A stretch of DNA of 64,000 nucleotides from Gloeobacterales cyanobacterium (GTDB lineage: Bacteria; Cyanobacteriota; Cyanobacteriia; Gloeobacterales; PMM-0068), in NCBI GenBank assembly GCA_038245785.1, contig JBBRSB010000006.1, forward strand, positions 64,001-128,000. The letters run 5' to 3'. Positions 50,103 through 59,140 of this stretch are shown piece by piece (position 1 is the stretch's first letter; each line of letters begins with the position of its first letter). The notes under the pieces were generated by a model that made no database searches, had not been told where the DNA came from, and worked only from the letters and a program-made list of their open reading frames with translations. The position numbers and the translations under genes are program-made.

Positions 50103-51290
50103 CTAGAGTCCCATGTCTAACAAACCCTGGCCTAAGCGTTCTGCTTCTGCAAAATTACCCTGTTCATGATGAAGGATAATCGCCCGTTGCAGAGCAGCTT
50201 TACAGTCAGCAATTTCACCAACTTTCAGAAAAACAACGCCTATATTTTGGTAGGCTTCTGCATAATTTGGATTCAGATTGATCGCTCGGCGGTAGGCCTC
50301 AATCGCTTCCATCCAGCGGTTCGAGGCTTTCAAAACCATGCCTAAATGGCAATAGCCCATCGCAAAAGTGGGATCAATTTCCACGGCGGTCTGGTAGGCA
50401 AGAATAGCGCTAGGAAAATCCTTCCGCTCTCTTAGTAGATTCCCTAAATTGTTGTAGGCTCCGATTTGAAGAATGGGCAAGATCGGTTGCTCGATCGCTT
50501 CTTGGTAATGGAATTCTGCTTTTCTGGGATTCTTGAGACGGGTGTAGGCAAGTCCCAGATGATAGTGCAGCTCATACAAAATCGCAGGATTGGCCTGATT
50601 GGACTGCAGTCCGAGTTCCAATAAGGCTCTGCCTCGGTCTGGCTCACCCTCTTCCAGATACAAAGCTCCCAATTTGCTACAGGCATAGGGTTCGTCTGGA
50701 TGAGTAGTCAAAAACGATTCCATCGCTGCTTTTGCTGTGGCGAATTTATTGCGCTCGGCAATTACGCTGGCCCTATAGCCATCGTGTCGAATAGCCACAT
50801 CTTGCAAAGAGCCAATCTGCCAGTGGGGTTCCTGGATCAGAAGTTTTTCCACACTTTCATCAATCATGGCGTGGTAGGGCCGGGAGTAATAGATTCCCGG
50901 ATGCCTGCGAAAGAGCCGTGATACCAGCGAATAGGGAGATTGGGCCGCTCCAAGTTCTTGACAGACCAGATTAAATGCCAGGTACTCTTCCTTCTGAATC
51001 AATTGTCTAAGGAGAGGCACTACCTCTGGCACCAAAACTTCGTCGGCATCCAGCACAAGAACCCAGTCTCCCTGGACATATTTCAACGATTGATTGCGGG
51101 CTATAGAAAAGTTATTAGGCCATTTAAAGTGGTGAACCTTGGCACCAAATTCCTGAGCAATCTCAGGAGTTCGGTCTGTGGAGCCCGTATCCATGATCAC
51201 GAGTTCATCCACAGCCTCGCGTACGCTAGCTAAGCAGCGGGGTAGATTGGTTTCTTCATTTTTGACAATCATGCACAGGCTGAGCTTCAT
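50103..51290 (-). CDS. GT2 glycosyltransferase with TPR repeats
   Basis: LSLCMIVKNEE, DTGSTD, LDADE, HDGY; C-terminal TPRs. Confidence 0.92.
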   Translation of the reverse strand: MKLSLCMIVKNEETNLPRCLASVREAVDELVIMDTGSTDRTPEIAQEFGAKVHHFKWPNNFSIARNQSLKYVQGDWVLVLDADEVLVPEVVPLLRQLIQKEEYLAFNLVCQELGAAQSPYSLVSRLFRRHPGIYYSRPYHAMIDESVEKLLIQEPHWQIGSLQDVAIRHDGYRASVIAERNKFATAKAAMESFLTTHPDEPYACSKLGALYLEEGEPDRGRALLELGLQSNQANPAILYELHYHLGLAYTRLKNPRKAEFHYQEAIEQPILPILQIGAYNNLGNLLRERKDFPSAILAYQTAVEIDPTFAMGYCHLGMVLKASNRWMEAIEAYRRAINLNPNYAEAYQNIGVVFLKVGEIADCKAALQRAIILHHEQGNFAEAERLGQGLLDMGL

Positions 51291-51338
51291 GGCGGTAGAT
51301 TACATAGGTCTGGACTTCATTGAACCTTACTACACCCT

Positions 51339-52418
51339 ATGGATGTAACCGAAAAAGTAAACACTCCTTATTCGTCCCATTTTCGCCAACCGGCAGAATG
51401 GGAGCCACATCAGGCCTGCTGGTTGGCCTGGCCGAGTCATGAAGACCTTTGGCTGGAGGATTTAGAAGCCGCTCGTACAGAATTTGTGGGCCTATGTCGG
51501 GCGATTACAGAACAAGGCGGCGAAACGCTAGAAATCCTAGTCCCGAATCAGGCACAGCAAGCTTTAGCGAGTGAAGCGCTGAAGGGTCTTCCCGTTATCT
51601 TTCACCGGATTCCCTTTGGCGATATTTGGCTAAGAGATACCGCCCCGATCTTTCTGATCAATCCTCAAGGAGCCATAGCCACCGTCCGTTTTCGCTTCAA
51701 CGGCTGGGGCGAAAAGTATGTCCTACCCAATGATGCTCAGGTCGCTGCCCAAATTGCGGAGATTGTAGAACAGTCGAAACAGTCGAAACAGTCCGGCGGT
51801 ATAGCCTTTAGCTTCCCTTGGGTCTTAGAGGGAGGCTCTGTCGAAGTAGATGGGCAAGGAACCTGTTTGACAACCCGTCAGTGTTTGTTAAACCCCAACC
51901 GCAATCCATCCATGACTCAGGATGCCGTAGAAGAGGGATTGCGGGAGGCGTTAGGTATTGAAAAGGTCCTCTGGTTGGAAGAAGGACTGCTAAATGACCA
52001 TACAGACGGTCATATTGATACCCTGGCCCGCTTTGTCGCCCCTGGGATCGTGATTTGTATGGAGGCACGGGATCAAGAAGACCCTAACCGGGCCGTTTTA
52101 GAGAAAATTGCCCAGGATTTAGCCTCTTTTACCGATGCTCAGGGGCGTTCTCTAAAAGTAGTACGCATTCCTTCTCCGGGTAAAATCCTCAATCAAGCGC
52201 AAGAGGTGATGCCTGCGAGCTATGTCAATTTCTACATTGGCAACCGCACCGTCGTTGTCCCCACCTATTGCACTCCCTATGATGCGGAAGCCGGCACCCT
52301 TATCAGTCAGTGCTTTCCTGACCACCGGACCCTAGGGCTATCGGCTAAAGCTATCCTTAGAGGGGGAGGTGCTTTTCACTGCATCACCCAGCAACAACCG
52401 ATCTCTGTCTCAAAATGA
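51339..52418 (+). CDS. aguA: Agmatine deiminase
   Basis: PAEWEPH, WLRDTAP, LEGGS, DHTDGHID, GGGAFHCITQQQP. Confidence 0.93.
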   Translation: MDVTEKVNTPYSSHFRQPAEWEPHQACWLAWPSHEDLWLEDLEAARTEFVGLCRAITEQGGETLEILVPNQAQQALASEALKGLPVIFHRIPFGDIWLRDTAPIFLINPQGAIATVRFRFNGWGEKYVLPNDAQVAAQIAEIVEQSKQSKQSGGIAFSFPWVLEGGSVEVDGQGTCLTTRQCLLNPNRNPSMTQDAVEEGLREALGIEKVLWLEEGLLNDHTDGHIDTLARFVAPGIVICMEARDQEDPNRAVLEKIAQDLASFTDAQGRSLKVVRIPSPGKILNQAQEVMPASYVNFYIGNRTVVVPTYCTPYDAEAGTLISQCFPDHRTLGLSAKAILRGGGAFHCITQQQPISVSK

Positions 52419-53275
52419 ACGCTCGTCCTTCCGAATTGTTTACCGTAGCAGCCCTCCAAACTTCTTTCACAGAGGATATAGCCAGCAACGTCGCTAAGGT
52501 GACGGACCTGGTGCGCAAAGCCGCCTTTCAGGGAGCACAGGTGATTTTGCCTTCCGAGCTTTTTGAAGGGCCATACTTCTGCCGAGAAGAACGGGATGAA
52601 TTTTTTGATTGGGCCAAACCGCTCACGGAACATCCGACGATTAGACACTTCCAGCAATTGGCGCAGGAGTTGGAAGTCGTGATTCCTGTTTCTTTCTTTG
52701 AAAAAGCTGGACAGAACTACTACAACAGCATTGCTATTGTCGATGCTGACGGTGCGCTCCTGGGGACCTATCGCAAGAGTCATATTCCAGATGGTCCCGG
52801 CTATGAAGAGAAGTTTTACTTTCGGCCCGGCAACACAGGCTTCAAGATATGGCCTACCCGATTTGGCACGTTAGGAGTAGGGATTTGCTGGGACCAATGG
52901 TTTCCTGAGTGTGCACGAGCCATGGTGCTCCTGGGCGCCGATATCCTGCTCTATCCCACGGCCATTGGCTCTGAACCGCAAACGCCGGACTTGGATACGA
53001 AAGACCCCTGGCAACGCGTCATGATCGGTCATGCCGTTGCGAATGTGATTCCCGTTGTAGCGGCGAATCGGATAGGAACCGAAGGAGAACAGACCTTCTA
53101 CGGACATTCTTTTATAGCCAATCAGCGTGGAGATAAAGTCGCGGAATTGGGCAGAGCCGAGGAAGGAGTGGTTTGTGCCGCTTTTGACTTGGCTGAAATC
53201 CGGCGCAACCGGGCTTCATTTGGCTTCTTTCGAGACCGTCGACCAGAGCTTTATGGGACGTTAACGGCTCCTTAA
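52415..53275 (+). CDS. aguB: N-carbamoylputrescine amidase
   Basis: Nitrilase triad; YRKSHIPDGPGYEEKFYF, ICWDQWFPE; coupled to aguA. Confidence 0.95.
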   Translation: MNARPSELFTVAALQTSFTEDIASNVAKVTDLVRKAAFQGAQVILPSELFEGPYFCREERDEFFDWAKPLTEHPTIRHFQQLAQELEVVIPVSFFEKAGQNYYNSIAIVDADGALLGTYRKSHIPDGPGYEEKFYFRPGNTGFKIWPTRFGTLGVGICWDQWFPECARAMVLLGADILLYPTAIGSEPQTPDLDTKDPWQRVMIGHAVANVIPVVAANRIGTEGEQTFYGHSFIANQRGDKVAELGRAEEGVVCAAFDLAEIRRNRASFGFFRDRRPELYGTLTAP

Positions 53276-53507
53276 TTCTTATTCAATACTGCATTTTTCA
53301 GGAATTCCCGAGTTGTGCCACTGAGTTTGGGGAACATTTAGTTGTGTGAAGAGTCCTAAATATTCACAACACCTTCTATCTATCCGCTGGTTAATACCCA
53401 GGTGCGTTCCTGGACTTATTCCGGAAAATACAGGCCCTGGTCAAGAATTTGTGAGGAGAGTTTATGCCTTTTGCTTCTATGCACATTAGTCAGTGGGGAG
53501 AAGTTTT

Positions 53508-55415
53508 ATGCTGATTGACTTCGGTGGCTTGATTACCGCAGGTCTATTATTCGCAACCCTTGCTTTTGGTGCGTCTGTCCTTCTCGTAGTGCTACAGCGG
53601 AATTTTGATAATTCCCTCTTGGGCAAAACCGATACCTCCGGACTTTCAGCGCTGACTTTTATTGCGGTGCACATTGGGGCAGCACTGGCGACCTGGGCTC
53701 TCACAGATCAATCGGGGGACGTGTTCATCCCCTTGGTTCTGAGCTTGGTCGGAGGTGGCTTCGCCGCTCGTTCGCTGAAGAACTACACCATGGGCGGCCA
53801 GCTATTGTTGATCACCAATGTTCAGGTGATGGTATTTGGAGCTATTTGGGGCGGTTGGTTCGTTTCCACCATGCCCGTGAGTGATACGACCCGTACCCTA
53901 ATGCTAATCAGTTACCCTTTATTTGTCCCGGCTTTCTTTGTCGGTTTATTCCAGACCGTAGAGCAGTGGGAAGTCCTCTGCCGCAAAATTTGGCTCCGTC
54001 CTCGCAAACCGCTTCCGGTTGGTCCTCGCTCCTACTACCCCAAGGTTTCTCTCCATGTGCCTACCTGTTCTGAGCCCCCTGAATTGGTAATCGCGACCTT
54101 AGATACCCTGGCGAACTTGAACTATCCCAACTTTGAAGTCTTAGTCATTGATAACAACACGAAGGACCCTGATTTATGGCGTCCGATTGAAGCGCATTGC
54201 CGTAGACTTGGTAAGCGTTTCCGCTTCTTTCATCTGCAAGAGTGGCCGGGTGCCAAGGCTGGTGCCCTTAACTTTGCAATTACGAAAGTGGCTCCAGATG
54301 CAGAGCTTATTGCTGTTATTGATAGCGACTATCAAGCCGATCCCGATTTCCTGGCCTCTTTGGTAGGCTACTTTGATGACCCGAAGATGGGTTTTGTGCA
54401 AACGCCCCACGACTATCGAGAGTGGGAAGATAGCCCCTACTTACGCATGTGCTACTGGGAGTACAAGTGCTTCTTTGAAACCAAGATGGTTAGCCTCAAT
54501 GAGCGGGATGCCGCTTTGACCGTAGGAACCATGTGCGTCCTGCGTCGCCAAGCCCTGGAAGAAGCTGGTGGCTGGGCGGAGTGGTGTGCTACTGAAGACT
54601 CAGAGTTGTCTATTCGCATTCATTCTCTAGGCTATTCTTCGGTCTACCTGCCCTTTACCTTTGGTCGGGGCCTGATTCCTGAGACTTTCTTCGGCTATAA
54701 GAAGCAGCGTTTTCGGTGGACGATTGGCCCTGTACAGGAACTCAAGCGCCATTTCCGCCTGTTCCTGCCCAAACCGCTGGCTCAGCCTTCTCAGTTCACA
54801 GTGGCTCAGAAGATTCACCATCTCTGCCATGGCCTAGGCCACCTAAATATAGGTTTGCGATTCCTGCTCATCCCGGTCAGCTTTGGGATTGTGGCCTCCA
54901 TGCTGATCCATCGTGAAGTGGTCAATGTCCCCCTAGTCCTCTGGGTCTCTGCTTCCACTTCCTTGATGGCGGGAGCCGCTCACTGGTGGATGGTCTATCG
55001 GGGCGTGATGGGCTGCTCATGGAGAGATATGTTCGGCGCCTTGCTTGCTGGTAGAGCCCTCAGTCATACGGTTGCCATTGCCAGTTTCTGGGGCGTCTTC
55101 ACCCGCGAAATTCCCTGGTTCCGGACCAATAAGTTCAAAGCCTTGCCTGGAGGTTTGGAAGCCCTGAGTTCTGCTCGCGTAGAAATCGCCTTGGGTATCT
55201 CTACCCTCGCTTTTGCGATCGCCGCTTCCAATATCCTGCCTGGCCCAGGATTGCACTTCATGCTGATCATCGGAGCGTTCTATCAGAGTCTGGATTACTT
55301 CATGGCTCCTGCTTTAGCACTCTTGGCCGAACGAGATGTGCGGATACGCCAGCTGGCTACAGAGACAATGGCAAAATCTGTAAAACAGTTGGTCAGTGGT
55401 GTAGCGGCTGAGTGA
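53508..55415 (+). CDS. Processive membrane GT2 glycosyltransferase (cellulose/beta-glucan synthase-like)
   Basis: IDNNT, KAGALN, IDSD, QTP, TED, QRFRW (D,D,D,QxxRW); TM helices on both sides. Confidence 0.9.
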   Translation: MLIDFGGLITAGLLFATLAFGASVLLVVLQRNFDNSLLGKTDTSGLSALTFIAVHIGAALATWALTDQSGDVFIPLVLSLVGGGFAARSLKNYTMGGQLLLITNVQVMVFGAIWGGWFVSTMPVSDTTRTLMLISYPLFVPAFFVGLFQTVEQWEVLCRKIWLRPRKPLPVGPRSYYPKVSLHVPTCSEPPELVIATLDTLANLNYPNFEVLVIDNNTKDPDLWRPIEAHCRRLGKRFRFFHLQEWPGAKAGALNFAITKVAPDAELIAVIDSDYQADPDFLASLVGYFDDPKMGFVQTPHDYREWEDSPYLRMCYWEYKCFFETKMVSLNERDAALTVGTMCVLRRQALEEAGGWAEWCATEDSELSIRIHSLGYSSVYLPFTFGRGLIPETFFGYKKQRFRWTIGPVQELKRHFRLFLPKPLAQPSQFTVAQKIHHLCHGLGHLNIGLRFLLIPVSFGIVASMLIHREVVNVPLVLWVSASTSLMAGAAHWWMVYRGVMGCSWRDMFGALLAGRALSHTVAIASFWGVFTREIPWFRTNKFKALPGGLEALSSARVEIALGISTLAFAIAASNILPGPGLHFMLIIGAFYQSLDYFMAPALALLAERDVRIRQLATETMAKSVKQLVSGVAAE

Positions 55416-55443
55416 TAGATAAGTAACCTGCTGATAACTTTGG

Positions 55444-55473
55444 AGAGACGTTTAGATAACGTCTCTTTTTTTT
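55444..55473 (+). terminator. Intrinsic terminator after the GT2 gene
   Basis: AGAGACGTT/AACGTCTCT stem plus T run. Confidence 0.8.
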
Positions 55474-55577
55474 GAGGATTTTTCGGCCCTTAGATGAGAA
55501 TTTCAGGCCCGACACAGTCATTTTTAATTACATATAAAAGCCAACTAAATTTATCGAAGGATCGAAAGATCGTTCAA

Positions 55578-55605
55578 TTGACATTCAGTAGTCCCTCAGT
55601 ATAAT
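55578..55605 (+). promoter_or_regulatory. Consensus sigma70-type promoter
   Basis: TTGACA-16 nt-TATAAT, both boxes perfect. Confidence 0.75.
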
Positions 55606-55787
55606 AATGCTGAGATATCTACGCATTAAACCGGATGTCTAACCCAATGTACATTCCTGGATCTATAGCAACAGAGATTCTTCTATGTGCATCCCTCATG
55701 TTTTCCTGAATGTACACAAACTCTTCTCGATTTAGACAGCACCGATTATGTTTATCCTGCTAACTTTTCCCTTATCTACAAAATTCT

Positions 55788-56168
55788 ATGACAAGCACAC
55801 CTGGCGTTCAGATCACTATCGACTGTAGAAATCCTGATTTAGATGATGAAGAGCTGGAAAAGTTAACCCAAAGCCTTCGGGATGGAATGCTTGACTTAGA
55901 CGAAGTAACGGACGTTAAGCGCGTGCTTGATCCCAATCCACCCAAAGGGAATAAAGCACTGGGTGCTGTTTTAATTGGCCTGTTAACAACCGAGGTAAAT
56001 ATAAACAGTATTAAGGTGCTGTTTGGATTTCTGGCCGACCGCTTGGGGAACAAACCGATTTCCATGGAAGTAGAAGCCAACGGCAAGAAACTCAAAGTGA
56101 CAGCCAACAGTCGGCAAGAGTTGTTAGCGGCAGTTCAGACTGCCCAGCAATTTGTAGCATCCATCTAG
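55788..56168 (+). CDS. EACC1-like small protein (effector-associated constant component)
   Basis: DDEELEKLTQSLR..PPKGNKA..IGLL..LADRL..ISMEVEANGKKLKV; directly upstream of a caspase. Confidence 0.72.
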   Translation: MTSTPGVQITIDCRNPDLDDEELEKLTQSLRDGMLDLDEVTDVKRVLDPNPPKGNKALGAVLIGLLTTEVNINSIKVLFGFLADRLGNKPISMEVEANGKKLKVTANSRQELLAAVQTAQQFVASI

Positions 56169-56178
56169 GAGTTCACAA

Positions 56179-59055
56179 ATGGCAAAGATGGCCTTGCTGA
56201 TTGGCGTCAGTGAGTATGAGCTTGGACTAAATCCTTTACCTGCAGCAGTTAAGGATCTAGATGCCCTGCAAGAAGTGTTAATTCATCCCAATATTGGTGA
56301 ATTTGCAGCATCAGATGTAACTTTGCTCAAGAATCCTGATCGCCAGGTTATGGAAGAGGCAATTTATACCCTGTTCGCGGGTCGCCAGAAAGATGATCTG
56401 TTGCTTTTTTTCTTCTCAGGGCATGGTATCAAGGACGATAATGGGACCCTTTACCTGGCAACGCGCGGTACGCGCAAAGCACCTCAAGGAGAGCTCATTA
56501 TTCCCACAGCAGTCTCTGCCAATTTTGTCCACGACAGAATGGATTGCAGTCGCTCAAAGCGGCAGATTGTGATTTTAGATAGTTGTTTTAGTGGTGCTTT
56601 CGCAGAAGGAATGTCTGCCAAGAACGACGGCAACGTTGATATTCGCAATCAGCTAGGGGGTGAAGGAAGAGCGGTACTGACATCCTCCAGTTCAACGCAA
56701 TACTCTTTTGAACAGGAAGGAGAAGAGTTATCGCTTTATTCCCGTTTCTTGATTGAGGGGATCAAAACGGGAGAAGCCGATCTCGATGGAGATGAAGTTG
56801 TTTCCATCGACGAACTGCACGAATACGCCAGCAGAAAAGTACGTGAAGTGAAGCCAGAACTGAATCCAGAAATTTATGCTTTTCGAGAGGGCTTCAAAAT
56901 CCGCCTAACGAAAGTTCCACCGGGTGATCCGCTCAAAAAGTATCGCAAAGAGGTTGCCCGGTTCATTAATCGGGGCGAAATCTCTTTTGTAGGACGTAAA
57001 ACGCTGGATGTTTTTAGGACTCGTTTGGGACTCAAAGCAGCGACAGCAGAAGGGATTGAGGATGAGGTTCTAGAACCTTACCGCAATGATTTTCGTAACA
57101 AGCTTCAGCAGTATGAGCAAGTTTTTAGAGCGTTAAGCGAGCGTGAAGAGCCCATTGACGAAAGGGATCACGTCGATCTGCAAAACCTGCAACAGATCTT
57201 AGGACTGAGGAATGAAGATACCGTACCCATTGAGGTGCGTGTAGTAGCTGCTCTGAAGGCTCAAAAACAAAATCTACAAGCCTACGAACAAGCCTTGGGA
57301 GACGCACTGCGGCAAACCTATCCCTTGAGCAAAATGCAACAGCGCAAGTTTCAGCAGATGCAGCAACAGATGGAATTGACCGATGCAGAGATAAATACCA
57401 TCACCGTTCGTGTCACAGCAGAGGTAGAAACGTATCGACAGCACGCGCAGCAGTATGAGCAGCAGTTTGCTAGCGCAGTACAGCAGCAGTACCCCTTGAG
57501 CGATCAGCAACAGATAGAGCTTCAGTTGTATAAGCAAAGCCTGAGCTTATCGGAAGTGGATATTGCGCCTATTGAGGCCAAGATCACATCGGAGATTAAA
57601 ACCTATCACCAGAAAGTCCGAAATTACAAAGACGCCTTTGTTCAAGCGACCCAAAACAAACATCACCCCAATGAGGTGATTCATCAGCAATTGCAGCAAA
57701 CCTGGCAAACCCTGGGCTTGGTTAAAACTGATGTCCAAAGCGTTGAAGCTCCTATCCTCGCTCAAATTGAAAAGCACCAGTCAAACATGCATCAGTATGA
57801 GCAGGAGTTTACAGAGGCTACACAACAGCAATACCCATTACTAGAAGAAAAGCGACTGAGCCTGCAGCAGCGCCAGCAGCAATTAGATCTGAGCAATGAG
57901 GATATTGAACCGCTCCAAACCAGAATTACGGCGGATCTTGAGGAACATCTGCAAAAACTTAAGCAGTACAAGCAGGTCCTGAGCGCAGCTATCCAGTTTG
58001 AATATCCCTTTAATGAACCTACCCGCGAGGAAATTAGACGCTTCCAACAGGTATTAGAACTGAGTAATAAGGATGCTGCACGGATCGAAGAGCAAATTTT
58101 AGCCAATCAAGGGCTTAAGCCTCCCGTCGACAAGCCAATGGCTGAACCACCATTCAAGTCTGAATTTGCAGGCTTGTTTCCTCAAAGTGAGCTGACAGCA
58201 GTAGACAGCTTTTTAGCACCACCACCTGAACAGTTTTTAACTCCAGAGCCACTACCGCTTGCAGTATCTAAGGGACAGCTAGGACAGATGCAAATGCAAT
58301 CAGAGCAAGTCATTGCAGCACCTAAAGAACAACTTAGAGATGCAATGAGAAAACCCTTGTTAGGGCCAATATCTAAATCGAGGTCTAAATATCACTCGGT
58401 GCCAACCATGATATTTACAGGAGCAGGTATCGCGATCTTCGCAATGGTGGGCACTGCCTTTTGGCTAAGAAACAGGCCTGCTCAGCCCTCAATCCTGACT
58501 ATTTCTAGTAATGCTCAGGTAACCCTTGCTAACGCACAGCAACAAGCGAAGGAGGGCAAATTGAAGCAAGCAATTACAACAGCATCTAAAGTTCCAGAGA
58601 ATGATCCTGCCATTAAAGAAGCAAAAAAGTTGGTTGATCAAAGTTCAGAAATTCTAATTCAACAAGCAACTAAGCAATATGAGACAGGAAAATTGAACAA
58701 GGCCATTGATATCGCTAAGTCAATTCCTGCAGATAGCATTACAGGAAAAAAGGCACAGCAGTTAATTACTCAATGGAAGAAAAAACGGGCGTCTAATATT
58801 GTTAGAAGGAGGAAAGAACAGAAAGCAAAGGAGCAAAAAGAATGGCAAGAGGAAAACCCTCCGGAGCATGAATCAACTATTCCTAGCTATCATACGAGAT
58901 ATTCACCGAAGAGGTCACAACAAAGACAAAATTTACCATCACAAACAGAGCAGGTTCAACCACCAAGACAACAAGGAAACCCACCTAAAAGCTCAAGTTC
59001 TTGCAGCACACCACAACTCTCGTTAGAGGAGGCTGTTCGTCTGGGATGTTCATAA
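56179..59055 (+). CDS. Caspase-family (C14) protease with tandem 57-aa repeats, TM helix and C-terminal helical domain
   Basis: KMALLIGVSEY, FFSGHG (His) and ILDSCFSG (Cys) dyad; repeats; TM segment MIFTGAGIAIFAMVGTAFWL. Confidence 0.88.
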   Translation: MAKMALLIGVSEYELGLNPLPAAVKDLDALQEVLIHPNIGEFAASDVTLLKNPDRQVMEEAIYTLFAGRQKDDLLLFFFSGHGIKDDNGTLYLATRGTRKAPQGELIIPTAVSANFVHDRMDCSRSKRQIVILDSCFSGAFAEGMSAKNDGNVDIRNQLGGEGRAVLTSSSSTQYSFEQEGEELSLYSRFLIEGIKTGEADLDGDEVVSIDELHEYASRKVREVKPELNPEIYAFREGFKIRLTKVPPGDPLKKYRKEVARFINRGEISFVGRKTLDVFRTRLGLKAATAEGIEDEVLEPYRNDFRNKLQQYEQVFRALSEREEPIDERDHVDLQNLQQILGLRNEDTVPIEVRVVAALKAQKQNLQAYEQALGDALRQTYPLSKMQQRKFQQMQQQMELTDAEINTITVRVTAEVETYRQHAQQYEQQFASAVQQQYPLSDQQQIELQLYKQSLSLSEVDIAPIEAKITSEIKTYHQKVRNYKDAFVQATQNKHHPNEVIHQQLQQTWQTLGLVKTDVQSVEAPILAQIEKHQSNMHQYEQEFTEATQQQYPLLEEKRLSLQQRQQQLDLSNEDIEPLQTRITADLEEHLQKLKQYKQVLSAAIQFEYPFNEPTREEIRRFQQVLELSNKDAARIEEQILANQGLKPPVDKPMAEPPFKSEFAGLFPQSELTAVDSFLAPPPEQFLTPEPLPLAVSKGQLGQMQMQSEQVIAAPKEQLRDAMRKPLLGPISKSRSKYHSVPTMIFTGAGIAIFAMVGTAFWLRNRPAQPSILTISSNAQVTLANAQQQAKEGKLKQAITTASKVPENDPAIKEAKKLVDQSSEILIQQATKQYETGKLNKAIDIAKSIPADSITGKKAQQLITQWKKKRASNIVRRRKEQKAKEQKEWQEENPPEHESTIPSYHTRYSPKRSQQRQNLPSQTEQVQPPRQQGNPPKSSSSCSTPQLSLEEAVRLGCS

Positions 59056-59140
59056 CATGCTTGCTGTTAAGTATTGATTAGCGATAAAGGATAATTTTTG
59101 GATAGAAAATAATCAATTAATACAGGATGAGACATTGCAT

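Noticed and set aside
53280..53460. Riboswitch upstream of the GT2 gene
   Set aside because: Only short inverted repeats; I could not match c-di-GMP, c-di-AMP or guanidine consensus elements by eye
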